Source of the DNA: the human T2T-CHM13v2.0 reference genome, Homo sapiens
Length of the DNA stretch: 64,000 nucleotides
NCBI RefSeq assembly: GCF_009914755.1
Contig: NC_060927.1
Reading direction: 5' to 3' (one strand)
Under the pieces are notes generated by a model. It saw only the letters and a program-made list of their open reading frames with translations. It was not told the origin of the DNA and searched no databases. Below are positions 27,332-46,060 of this stretch, one piece after another. The translations under genes were made by a program, and so were the position numbers. The stretch's first letter is position 1. Every line of letters starts with the position of its first letter.

Positions 27332-27916
27332 TGCTGAGGCTTGACTAGGTAAACAAAGCAGCTGGGAAGCTCGAACTGGGTGAAGCCCACCACAGCTGAA
27401 GGAGGCCTGCATGCCTCTGTAGACTCCACCTCTGGGGGCAGGGCATAGCTGAACAAAAGTGAGCAGAAACTTCTGCAGACTTAAACGTCCCTGCCTGACA
27501 GTGGTTCTCCCAGCACAGAGTTTGAGATCTGAGAACTGAAAGACTGCCTCCTCAAGTGGGTCCCTGACCCCCAAGTAGCCTAACTGGGAGACACCTCCCA
27601 GTAGGGGCTGACTGACACCTCATACAGCCAGCTGCCCCTCTGAGACGAAGCTTCCAGAGGAAGGATCAGGTAGCAACTTTGGCTGTTCGGCAATATTTGC
27701 TGTTCTGCAGCCTCCTCTGGTGATACCCAGGCAAACAGGGTCTGCAGTGGACCTCCAGCAAACTCCAACAGACGTGCAGCTGAGGGTCCTGACTGTTAGA
27801 AGGAAAACTAGCAAACAGAAAGGAATAGCATCAACACCAACAAAAAGGACATCCACACAAAAACCCTATCTGTAGGTCCCCATCATCAAAGACCAAACAT
27901 AGATAAAACCACAAAG

Positions 27917-28954
27917 ATGGGGAGAAACAAGAGCAGAAAAGCTGAAATTTCTTAAAATCAGAGCACCTCTTCTCCTCCAAAGAATCGCAGCTTCTCGCCA
28001 ACAACGGAACAAAGCTGGATGGAGAACGAATTCGACGAGTTGATAGAAGTAGGCTTCAGAAGATTGGTAATAACAAATTTCTCTGAGCTAAAGGTGGACG
28101 TTTGAACCCATCACGAAGAAGTTAAAAACCTTGAAAAAAGATTAGATGAATGGCTAACTAGAATAACCAGTGTAGAGAAGACCTTAAATGACCTGGTGGA
28201 GCTGCAAACCATGGCCCAAGAACTACGTGACGCATGCACAAGTTTCAGTAGCCGATTCCATCAAGTGGAAGAAAGGGTATCAGTGATGGAAGATCAAATT
28301 AATGACATGAAGTGAGAAGAGAAGTTTAGAGAAAAAAGAGTAAAAAGAAATGAACAAAGCCTCCAAGAAATACGGGAAACTCATATGGGATTATGTGAAA
28401 AGACTAAATCTACGTTTGATTGGTGTACCTGAAAGTGATGGGGAGAATGGAACCAACTTGGAAAACACTCTGCAGGATATTATCCAGGAGAACTTCCCCA
28501 GTCTAGCAAGGCAGGCCAACATTCAAATTCAGGAAATACAGAGAACGCCACAAAGATACTCCTTGAGAAGACCAACCCCGAGACACGTAATTGTCAGATT
28601 CACCAAGGTTGAAATGAAGGAAAAAATGTTAAGGGCAGCCAGAGAGAAAGGTCAGGTTGCCCACAAAGGGAATCCCAACAGACTAACAGCGGATCTCTCT
28701 GCAGAAACTCTACAAGCCAGAATAGAGTGGGGGCCAATATTCAACATTCTTAAAGAAAAGAATTTTCAACCCAGAATCTCATATCCAGCCACACCAAGCT
28801 TCATAAGTGAAGGAGAAATAAAATCCTTTCCAGACAAGCAAATGCTGAGAGGTTTTGTCACCACCAAGCCTGCCTTGCAAAACTCCTAAAGGAAGCAGTA
28901 AACATGGAAAGGAACAACCGGTACCAGCCACTGCAAAAACATGCCAAATTGTAA
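27917..28954 (+). pseudogene. L1 ORF1p remnant
   Basis: ATG GGG AGA AAC at 27917, TAA at codon 13 (27953-27955), 13-nt insertion at about 28371-28383. The downstream frame gives WDYVKRLNLRLIGVPE...AREKG...FQPRISYPA, typical of ORF1p. Confidence 0.93.
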
Positions 28955-29017
28955 AGACCATCGATGCTAGGAAGAAACTGCATCAACTAATGGGCAAAAT
29001 AACCAGCTAACATCATA

Positions 29018-32842
<3,825 letters not shown>

Positions 32843-34235
32843 ACAATGAGAACACTTGGACACAGGGTGGGGAACATCACACCCTGGGGCCTGTCGTGGG
32901 GTGGGGGGAGGGGGGAGGGATAGCATTAGGAGATATACCTAATGTAAATGACGAGTTAATGGGTGCAGCACACCAACATGGCGCATGTATACATATTTAA
33001 CAATCCTGCACGTTGTGCACATGTACTGGAACTTAAAGTATAATAACAAAAAAAGTAAAAATAAAAAAAGAAAGTAGCATTTTAAAAAACCACCTCCCAA
33101 TAAATAGCCTATAAACACTTTCACTTCCTTTTTTGAATAGAACTTTTTGGCTAAAAAGTTGATTATCACTGGTATTAGTTTGTTCATCTGCGCATTTGTC
33201 AATGCTTTTGATAGTTTCTGGAAAGCAATAGGCAATTAATTCTGTTTACTGAATAAATGAATTAACAAGTGAATGAATCTCTGAAGGTCACCCACCATGT
33301 GGTTAGCTCCTCGAGGATCAGAACAGCTCCTTTTCTCCTGTATTCTGCCCTCGTAATCAGGAACTTCTTTGCCCACTCACTGACCTGACAGAACTTGTTT
33401 CAAAAAGCTTTCTCCATTTCAGTGCAAAATAATAAATTGAACAACACAATTCCTTGTCTGTAGCACTCAGATAAAAGGTCAATTCCTGTCCTTTCTTGGC
33501 CGCTTTTCAAGAAATCCTGCCCAAGAGGCACCTGTGAGTCTTTATGGAACAAGAGGACCAAATCCCAGTCTGAGACTAGTGGCTGCTCTCCCATCCTAGG
33601 TACCTTTCTCTTAAGAAAGCACTCCCTTTTAGGGTTGTACAACTGCTGATCCTGCATTTACATAATCCTGAGAGTGAGTGCCTTCTTAAATTTTACTCCC
33701 TAGTTGCCTCACTCTTCCATGGTTTTGACCTCATCAACTTGGCTGAGTCCTAAAAAGAACCAGACAGCAAGGAAATACTCTCTAAGAATTACTGAATCCA
33801 ATTTGTCTCAATGTACAATGTCTTCTTTAACACATAAATGGAATGTGTGGGCTGGACACTGACTTTCAAAACTTCCATCCTATACGTCTTTGAGCATTAC
33901 TGAGAATAAACTGCTTTCATTTAAACGGAGACATTCTGTTCCCCAAAGCAGTGAGCCAGAGAGGTCTGTCAACCACAGCTGTTTCCCAGCTGTCCATGGA
34001 GCTGTTGAACTGCTTCAAACGGTTTTCAGTATGTTCTCGAAATTTCATCTTCAGAACACCTGGAGCCTTGCTTGATCCACTTTCAACATCCTGAAGCATT
34101 TATATAGTTGGTTGTTATCTATTATTGTGTCCAATTCTGTTCTGGAGGTGACTTTCCATAACTAGCTTCCAACTTCTGAAGCAAGACCTTTGTGCCAAGA
34201 CCTTGCTATTTACAACTCTGTACTAAAGTAGAAAA

Positions 34236-34490
34236 CAGTGGTTGGAAACTTGACTGTGATGTCAAACCAACCTGTGTTCTGATCAGACCCCAGCTGTTAT
34301 GCAAATGAACTTGGTGATCTTGAGCAGGCTACTTAACCTCATTAAGCTTCAAGTAAGCTTCCTTGGTAAAATGGGGATAAAATAATCCCTTCTTCAGGTT
34401 TTTGGAGAATAATTAATTGGAGTTATTTATGCAAAATGTTTGGCATATTGTAAGTGCTTCATCAGTGGTGGTTACTGTATTGTTATTGTT
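34236..34490 (+). mobile_element. MIR
   Basis: gtgatcttgagcaggctacttaacctc...gtaaaatggggataa...tggcatattgtaagtgct. Confidence 0.7.
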
Positions 34491-37400
34491 CATGCCATCA
34501 AAACTATTAGTGGGTCAGTCCAGTATAAAATGGAATGACAGTTTCTACTTGTTTTCCTTTAACACTTAAAAATAACTTCAAATGAGAAAAAGTAGATATT
34601 ATCAAGCAGAGAAATGTTAAAAACTCTTCTCTATCTCTCTTCCTTTCTCACAAATTACTCCCTTGAACTTCTGTATTTGGAAAGAACAGTTCCTATTCTG
34701 TGTCCATTTACTTTGTCTTTCTGAGTCTTAGGGTCTTCATCTAAAAATGAGGATGTTGAGCAAGATTGTCTTTAAGGGCCTTCCACATCTAAATTTCTAT
34801 GGGTCTCACTCCAAACTCCAAACTGTAGTCTCCAGATGTGGAATGTGTATATTTTCCAAATCATGCGGATGGAGCCCTGATGCAGTGCTGGGATCAAGGG
34901 TGTGCTTTGCAGGGTTACAGAGCAGCATGTGCAATGGGCAGAACAATGTCAAGAAAAGTGATCATGAGTTTAACACTTCTCTGCATGAATGAGGGGAGGG
35001 CTGTCATAATTTCAAATGCATATGCCCTTGTTTTGACTGTGACTCTAAGGGTTACCAAGACAGGACACTCCAAAGAGTATCTGAGCCCAGGGAGACCTTG
35101 CTAATGTTCTGCAGGTGACGTCGTCTGTGGCCCTGGAGAGAAACATGGCTCATGGTTCTTCCAGCTGAGCTGTTATCTTCTTCATCTGGGCAAAATATTG
35201 GCTTGAGGTACAGGAGACCTTAAGCTTTCTCAGAGCCTTCTCCCCACCAGGTGGTACTCTGTGTTTACAAAGCTGCCTGGATTACCTCTGTCTTGTCTTT
35301 TAGACTACTGCCAGTTGTCGTATCTACCTCCCTCTTTAGACTGGGAGCATGCTGAGAGCAGAACCTGTGTCTGGTTTATTATCCCTTCCCTCAGTAGCTC
35401 CTACAGTGCCTATGACATAGCAGGCAATGAACAAATGTTTGTTAAATAAAATCAATTATAAAGTGGGAAGTTGACTCTTGACTCTTGGATTTCATTTTCT
35501 TCCAAAGCTTGATTGGCACATCACTGTTCTATTTTGAGAAACAGCAATGGTGTAGGACAAAGAATATTGGACCTGATTTGTCTCCCATCTCTGCCACTTA
35601 CGAGCCTTGTAAATGTACCACTTAAGTTTTTAGAACCTCTGTTGCTTGGAATGGAGATAATTGATCGGCTGTGGTGATGATCAAATTAGATGATATATTT
35701 GTACACATTTAGTTAATGGCTGTTATCACTAGATAACATACTCTCTAGTAGACGTATTCAGATGGAGCTTTTAATTTGCTGCCAATCCGTGGCTTTGGGT
35801 TGCTTCTACATATTGATTCAAGTACAGCCATTGCTTCAATAATTTTAAGCTGGCTGCAAGTTAGCAAAAGTCAGTTTTTTTTTCAGATAGATGTTAGTGT
35901 TTAGTATCTAGCAAAAACACAGTCTAGAAATCTAAGGAAACAGAATTCCTAGCTTCCATACCTATATTTCATTAACTTGCCGTGAAACCTTGAGATAATC
36001 TTAAAATTTGCTGCACCTCAATTATTTCACCTAAGAAATGGGTCTTCTCTACCCAAGAACACAATGTGAAAATAACTGAAATACTGTCTGTAGAAGCTCT
36101 TTGAGCTCTTTGAAAGAGTCAAACAATATAAATCAAAGCTGTTATTTTTATTTCTGAGTAAATTTGCTCAAGAATAGAATTGAGGTTTATATGATGGAGT
36201 TTTACAGACATAGGTTTATGTAGAGGGTTTTAAACTGATGCTATTCCATTGTGCTTAACACTGAATTGTAAAGACACAGAAAATACAGCCAAGTACTGTT
36301 AAATGACACTGTGTGCAGGTTTGAAATGCAGATTGCATAGTAAAAATGGCTGATACGTCTGTGCTCTCTAGAAGCCTGCTGGCTTCAGTGGGAGGTACTC
36401 TGGTCTAACATCCTCTGACTCCCTCTGAGGTGTAATTTCTCCCCCCTTGGAATTCAATGAAAACATATGAATATCTCTTACTGCTTCTGTTCTCTCACAG
36501 CAATACCAATGCAATCTTTCTCTACCAAATATTAGATGCTAAAAGTAGAGTCATCCAACTTTCTTTATAGATGACAGAGCAAATAATTCAGGAACACAAA
36601 CTTTATACTATATGAGAGCATTTTTTGCTGTTTATAATATGGCATAAAACCATCTTGATCTCTTCCTGCTTAGCCGATATTAAATGAATGTTGTCTTTGT
36701 TCTCTAAGCCAGCCCTGGTACTGAAGGAACTACTTTGTCAATTACATCTTAAATTTTTTTTTTTGTCTGTGAATAGAAAATTATTCCGTTTTCTCTTGAA
36801 TTCTTGTGTAGAATATTGATAACACCAGTGATGAGAAACCACAAGTGTAATATAGGCTAAAACTAAATGCAGAGGCAGAGAGGGCCAGAAGGTGAAAAAG
36901 AACAATATCCATGATTTTAAAAAGATGTGATCCAAACAAAAGAAATCAATGAAGAACACAATTAAATATTGAAACACAACAGTGATTAGAGAGCATGATC
37001 AGAGAAACTGAAGGAAAACAAAACTGAAAAATAAAAACTTTTCTGATTATGCCAATGTGAGTAATCTTTCTCCGGTGTTAGAGAAATTAAATATTTAAAC
37101 CTGGAGTTCCACGACGAATGAAAAATATGAGAGACAGCCCAATTAAGTCATCCTTACTGAAGAGGCTTTTCTCCAAAAATAACAGTCCTGCTTTTAATTA
37201 TAGGTTCTTGGGTCTGTTAATCAGCCATCTTCCTCAAGGCTAAGCTTGGTGCAAATAACAGAGAAGGATTCAGCAAAATGCCCTGTTTAATTAAAATGAA
37301 TTTAATTAAAAATATTTTTATACACATGACCAATCACCATTATTTATGCAGATGTTCCCACATAAGTCTTTGAAAAGGCATTTCTCCCCCCAACCTTTAA

Positions 37401-39486
37401 AAAATATGCTGTGCTTCTACAAGAACTGCTATGAAATGAAAAGCACTATGACTGGTAGTTAATACCTATTTTTATCAAAACAGCAGTGCAGCTCACACAT
37501 CACCTGAGCAGCCGTAACCATAGTAACCCCAAATAGAAAGGGGCTTCAGATTATCAACACCATCAAAGGTAAGATAGTTCATGTGCCTCTGCAATAGTTA
37601 CACTACAGCAAACTTTAAAGGATAAAGGTGGCTTTTATTCCTACTACTTAAATGTTAAATGAAAATAATGACTTGCAAGTACAGTGTATAGAAATGCCTT
37701 TCATTTTGGAAGACTCTTATTTCCTCAAAGTGTTAATAATAGAAAAGATGAAAACTCAATGCTATACATTTCTCCAGTGCTTCTATCTGATTATGGCGAG
37801 GGGACAGTAATCATCATTTTGCCAAGTTGGAGAATTCATACAGGGAAAACCCCACCCATAGGAGCCCTGCAGGATGAGAAGCTGGACGAGAAGGCATATT
37901 CTGTGTCCATGCACTCAGTGAGAGGATGGCTATGGTTAGTGATGATTGTCGACACGAATTACCTGCAATAAGGTATAGATGGTGACTTAGGGTGTAGACT
38001 GGCAGTCAAATCACAAAGAAAATGCACATTTAATTAGAGAAGGAGTGGAACTGGTTTGAAATATCAGTGAAATACCAATCCAAATACAAATCTGTATTTG
38101 GCTTTATAATTTATGGTTGGGGTAGGATGGAGTAGGGAAGGGTGGGAGGGCAGGGCATAAAAGGCCAGCAAGACCATACTTATTAATTATATTGTTAATT
38201 AATAATATTAATAATATTGATTATTCTATCAGAGGAACTATGATCTAGATAATCCAAAACAGAGACTAGTAGAAAAGACTTTCTGACAACATTTCCTAAT
38301 GTTCAATATGTCTAGGGGGGCAGCATCTGGAAACATGGAGAAAATATTCTAAATTTTAAATATTTAAGTGTATAGTAGCTATTACAAAAAGCAGAAATTC
38401 CACATGAGGATAAATATAATTTTATTAATTTTTTCTTTTTAGTCTCTTTACATTTGAGATTTACCGTGGAAGTGGATGGACAAGTAATGAAAACATAAGA
38501 AAACAAATTCTTTAATTATGGTCATGTAGGAAGAAAATGGTATCTGGAAATTTTATGTTCAGGAATAAATAGGAATATCATGATAGTGTTATCTAAAAAT
38601 CCAATAAAGTGCCTGAGAAGAATTCACTGCTAATAAAAATGTGTTTTAAAACACTTAGCAATTTACACATAATTTTCCATACAGCTCTTCATTTGATCTG
38701 ACAAAAATTCTTTGAAGAAATGGAAGGTACTTTCTGTTTTGTTTTGTTTTGATAGTCTCTATTTTAAGGAAGTGGAAAGTGAGGTTCCAATAAGTTAAAG
38801 CATTAAACTGTGATGCTCCATTCACCCATGACACTAATCTTGCCTTAATGAACTGACACTTTTGATATCCAGGACGCTCTGACCACCAATCCCAACCTCA
38901 TTTTTAGGAAATTTTTCTACCCTTATTACGTGCTTATTTTATTTTTAGTGGAAGGCTCCTCTTGGGATTAGTTTATGAGACATCCCTAACTGTGATCCTT
39001 TTATGCAGGCAATTTCACAGGGCCTCTCTTAGATGCTTTCACCCATAAACACACGAGCAGTGCCAGCGCCCTGGTTCACACTTCCCCTTGAAACCGGTGC
39101 GCCCCAGAATTAGAGCGACACCTAGCCGTGATTTTAGGTAGTACATGCTAGGAAAGCTTATTTGGGCAAGGGAGACAAACAAGAGACATCAGAGCTGGTG
39201 GCATCTCAAGAGGATACTACTCCCAGAGGTAGAAATCTCAGAGGTTTTCTAACAGCACTTTCTACTGGGAACTAGGACTCCTGCAGTTCACATTCTCTGA
39301 GGAGGAACTATATGATAAGGGAAGTTTATTATAATTATAATAAAAGGTAAGATGTGCACCCTTGAAATTACATACAGGTTCTACCAGTGCAATAAATGAT
39401 ATCTATTTCAGATTAAAAATATCAGTTCCAAGCCTCCTTCATCTCAATAATTCTTGACATTTACTCAGAAAAGCAAATATTTCATT

Positions 39487-39670
39487 CAGTTTTTATATTC
39501 ATCGGGGCTGTGGACTAGTGCTACTAGCATCAACGAGACACTTGTTAGAAATGGGGTGTTGGACTTGACCCTGGACCTACGGAATCAGAATTTCAGGAGG
39601 CAGAACCCCCTAATTAGTACTTTCAGACTCTCCAAGTGAGTTTTACGTTCACTCACATTGGAGAACCTAC
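39487..39670. mobile_element. MER5A-like MITE
   Basis: agcatca...cttgttagaaatg...gacctacggaatcagaa...ggagaacctact. Confidence 0.65.
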
Positions 39671-40514
39671 TAATATAGAGCAAGAAGTAATCTTAAAAAT
39701 CATCTAATTCCTCTAGGAATATATTAGGCAAATAAGGCCTAGAAAGCTTAAGTGGCCACCTTGAATTTTCCCTGCACATCAGAAATATGCCTTGTGCATA
39801 GTAACAGGGATTGAACTAGACCTGAGGTCTCCTAACTCCCAATAATAAAAATAGCATAGTGCTATGACACTTGTCAAGTGCAGGCTGGTTGGGCAAAACA
39901 TTAGCTAAACAGAGACTTTGACTTTGTATCTATATTCCTCCTGGCTTCTAATTTCAGTAAATGAATTATCATCCATGCATTTAATTTAGGCACCAGACAG
40001 GATAATCCACAGTAAATTTTCTAAATTCAATTAACATGAGCCAGTAGTAGTCTCCTTATGAAAGCCAACAACGAGGGCTCAGGGCTTCATCAAGCACTTG
40101 GGATTCTTAGCACACTTTAGCTACTGGAGCAAGCAGAGATGTGTGACTTACATGTAATATGAGAAGTCATTGATTTTCATTTCTTTTTTCACTTCACGGC
40201 AGACACAATATCATATTGAGTTTGAAGATTTTCCTTTAAGATTTTCTCATTATACTTCAGAGTGATTTACTAATATCATATAAAAATGATTGGTTATTTT
40301 CTCATTTTTATGAAATTTTGAAGTTTTCAAGTGTACAGATGTGTTTCCACATAAATCCATAAATATGATCATAATATGCATACTCTTTGTTTAGTCGTTT
40401 GCTTTAATAGTCTTTTTTCTTTTCCTTTTTGGTATGTCTCTCTTTTTTCCACCTCTTCCTCTCTTAAACTCATATCTCCTCTCTCCCCAAGTAACCCAAT
40501 TTTACAACGCAGTA

Positions 40515-40846
40515 CAGAGGTCCTCAATGTTTTTGGCACCAGGGACAGGTTTCTCGTGGGGGATGGGGAGGAGGGCGAGGTGGGGATGGTTTCGGAATGA
40601 AACTTCCACCTCAGCTCATCAGGCATTAGATTCTCATGAGGAGCACACAACCTAGATCCCTCGCATGCGCAGTTCACAATAGGGTTCACACTTCTATGAC
40701 AATCTAATGCTGCCGCTGATCTGACAGGAGGTAAAGCCCAGGTGGTTATGCTGGCTGGCCTGCCACTCACCTCCTGCTGTGCAGCTTGGTTCCTAACAAG
40801 CCACAGACCTGTACCCGTCTGTGGCCCGGGAGGCTGGGGACACCTG
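40515..40846 (-). mobile_element. MER1B hAT-Charlie MITE (second copy)
   Basis: Homologous to 12809-13132. TSD acgcagta/acctagta. Confidence 0.9.
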
Positions 40847-41023
40847 ACCTAGTATATGTCCTACCAATTTCTCTTTATACTAAAATTCTCATTATAACAA
40901 TTACACACACACTTGTAACAATGTTAAATTAGATGTTTAAAATGAGAAACAAAGCAAAAACAAACAAACAAACAAAACAAACAAAAACACATGTTATGTA
41001 GTGAGATGTACAATCTTAAAAGC

Positions 41024-41368
<345 letters not shown>

Positions 41369-41859
41369 TTACATGACTCCATTGAACCTCTCTGCCATTT
41401 AAGAATGTGAAAGATCCTAGACTAGAGGTTAAGATCTGTGAAGGGAGTTCTTTTACTACTTGTGAGTTGTAAATCTGAACTCCCACATGGGGAGGGTTGT
41501 TTGCACATCTCAAGCCTGTAAAAAGAGACTTCCCTAGACCATCAGACAGCTTAAGATGACACACATGGAGTTTGGGGACACAGTGGATTACTGTTTGACT
41601 CTCGCTTTGCCATTATTACATGGGACTGCACATGTTCATTGCTGAGTTGAGTCTGTGATTACAACTCACAAACCAAATATTTTTATCCAGCAAGTCGGAA
41701 AGTAGTAGTCCCACACAATATTTTAAGGGGAGACTGGAAGAAAAAAAAGCACTTTCTGTGCCTATACCTCACAAGTCCCACTTTTCAATATAAAAGTTAC
41801 ACACAGATACGCATGGGGGTTATCTACACATAAATTTATAGGGGTCACCACTGCTTTTA

Positions 41860-43430
<1,571 letters not shown>

Positions 43431-43583
43431 CAAGATGGTGAACTATAATAGCATCGGCTACAGCTTTCCTCCACAAAGTCAATGATGAAGAAAGTATATA
43501 GAGAAAAGTGGAATTGAAACTAATAACAACAAAAGCCATGAGAAATCCCCAGGGAGAAGGAGCACTGTTTTGGATTGATGTGT

Positions 43584-43630
43584 GTGGGAAAGAGGTGAGA
43601 GGGGTGGGAAAGAGGTGAGGGGGGTGGGAA
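43584..43630. repeat. 20-bp G-rich tandem repeat x2.3
   Basis: gtgggaaagaggtgagaggg / gtgggaaagaggtgaggggg / gtgggaa. Confidence 0.85.
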
Positions 43631-43998
43631 GAGTGCAGCAAATCTGGCAATGGGCGGCTACACACAGCAGTAAAAAAAAAGCAAATTAGGAAAACAAACA
43701 AACAAACAAACAAAAACTGTTTAAGCTCTGCCATTTGGCTTACTTGCATTTCCATGGAGTAATCATTGCTTAGCTCCTTGCCACACAAAGCATGCACAAC
43801 TGGCTAAACACTGGGGCAGGAGTTCATGGGGGAAATGTCAGGATCAGTGCAAAAGGTTTTGTGAGGTAAGGAGTTGATAAGAACAGGTAGAGACTGAGCA
43901 GCCTTAGGCATTCTCTTTCCCTACAAATCCTAGGCTGATGGATTATCAATGTTGCTTCTCCCTTAGGGCCTAAACCCCAACCTGAGAAGTTGGCTAGG

Positions 43999-44200
43999 CA
44001 GGGTTTCTCAACCTTGGCACTATTGATATTTTAGACCAGACAATTACCTGCAGTTGGGGGCCGTCTAGTGCGTTTTCAAAGTTTAGCAGCATCCCTGCCC
44101 TCTACCCGTCCAATGCCAGTAGTGCATTCCCCCAGCTGTAACTAGCAAAAAATGTCTCCACAGTTAATGTGTTCTGAGGCTTAACATCACTACCCTGGGT
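43999..44200 (+). mobile_element. MER20 hAT-Charlie MITE
   Basis: cagggtttctcaaccttggcactattgatattt...tttagcagcatccctgccctctacc...aatgtctcca. Confidence 0.8.
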
Positions 44201-44269
44201 TAGTGGGATGACGGCAAATGAAAATGATAACTGTAGTTTTGAGGCCCTTCTCCAATACGTATTGCCAAT

Positions 44270-46060
44270 TCAATAGTTGATACTCCTAAAGGAACATGAG
44301 CAAAAGTGAAAAATAGCTAGACACCTGAGGGTTATAACAACTTAGAGAAAATCAACAAACAAAAAACGGAAGTATTAGAATAGATACATAAAACATTTTC
44401 AATAAGTATACTAAATACACTTAAAGAGACAGAAGAAAATTAAATAAAAGGAAATATCAGGTATGAAAAACATAGCAGAAAAAAATTATAATAGATGGAA
44501 TAAATAGGATAATGGATACAACTGAAGAAATAATTTAGATAATGGGAAACCTGATTGAGGAACTCCTCCAGCAGGAAGCAAGACAGATTGAAGAGATAAA
44601 AGTACAATTTTAAAATGTTAGGAGACATGAGAGATAAAAATAGAGGTGCAACATATAGATAATACGAGTACCACTAGATTAAAATAAAAATGAAGAGAAA
44701 TAAATATTTGAGAGAATAAAAAAGAAAATAACTTTGAATCTATACTTTTATGTCTAAACAAATTGCTATTGAATATGAGGGTATAATTAAAATTTTTCAG
44801 GCATACAAGGCTTTGGAAAGAATGTCACACATAAACTGACATTAAAAACATTTTTGAATGATGTATTCAAATAGAATGAAAAATTTAGAAACTGCTGGAA
44901 GGTTTATGAAAAGTAACAGGGATTATATAGTTTGCTAAAGTTTTTCATTGTTTAAAAAGTACTCCATGAAAAAAATCTAGGAGGAAGAAAAAGATAAAGT
45001 ATGTCCATAATTAAATCTTCCCATTCTAGAGCATGACTTTTCATTTGTTCATATCTTGTTTTACATTTTATATCCCTTGAAATATTATACCTTTATTCTT
45101 TATTAAAATTAGTATCAAATAGTTGTAAGTTTTATAGATATTGAATTTTATTTTTAGAAACTTGCTGCTAAATTTTTTAAATGCTATTGGATTTTGTATA
45201 TTTATCTTATACTCGGGCACCTCACAAAATTTCGTTTTTAATTCTAATAGTTTTTTAGAATAGAGTAACATCAACAAAAATGGCAGCTTTATTTCCTAAT
45301 TTCTACTTTTATGTGATGTTTTATTTTCTTTCATTTTCTTACCGAATTTGCTAGAACTTCTATGCCAGTATCTTCTATTTTTCCCTTTACACATTCTCTG
45401 CTTTGGGACACTGACCACGTGAACTACATCAATAAGTTCCCATGCCCTCTAGCTTCTCATTGGATTTGGCCAATGAGAAGCCCCAGAAGATATCAGAGGA
45501 GGGGCAGAAAGGAAGACTTAGGTATTTATTCCCTGACATTTTCCCCCTGAAATGCTACCTTGAACTAAAAGTGTCCCTGAACAGGTTATCGCTCTCCACC
45601 AGGTGACATATTCCACAAGCTTTCTCCCACTGAATTCTAATGACCACTCTCTCCTCTTGTTGCTTTGAACCTAAGAGTGATAACTGTTTGGCTACTCCCA
45701 AGCTCCAGATGCCTGCACTATTCTTTGTAGTTCTTCTACAAATAAACTTTGCAACAAGTCCTCTATAAATAAAACCTTCTTGAATTATCCAGTTTCAAGT
45801 TTTCATTTAGAATAATATTTGGTATTAGATTTTGGTAAATACTTTGAATTATATTTAAACAGTTTTTTTTTACTTAGAATTTTTATTAGTAACGCTGCCG
45901 CATATTATTAAATGTCTTTTCCTCACAGATATGATTATATATTTTATTCTCTTATAATGTATCGATGTAACAGGTTATGTTAATGGGTTCCATGATATTG
46001 TACCACTCTCACTTTCATGGTATATTCTGCCTAACTAGCATTATTATTCTTTTGATGGAT
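44270..46060. mobile_element. Mixed old L1M fragments (plus-strand ORF1-like, then minus-strand ORF2-like)
   Basis: A-rich ORF1-like stretch. Minus ORF 45068-45277 resembles degraded L1 RT (YKINIQNPIAF). Confidence 0.5.
45362..45800 (+). mobile_element. LTR33-like ERVL LTR inside an L1M
   Basis: tgccctctagcttctcattggatttggccaatgagaag...ggtatttattccctg. Confidence 0.65.
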
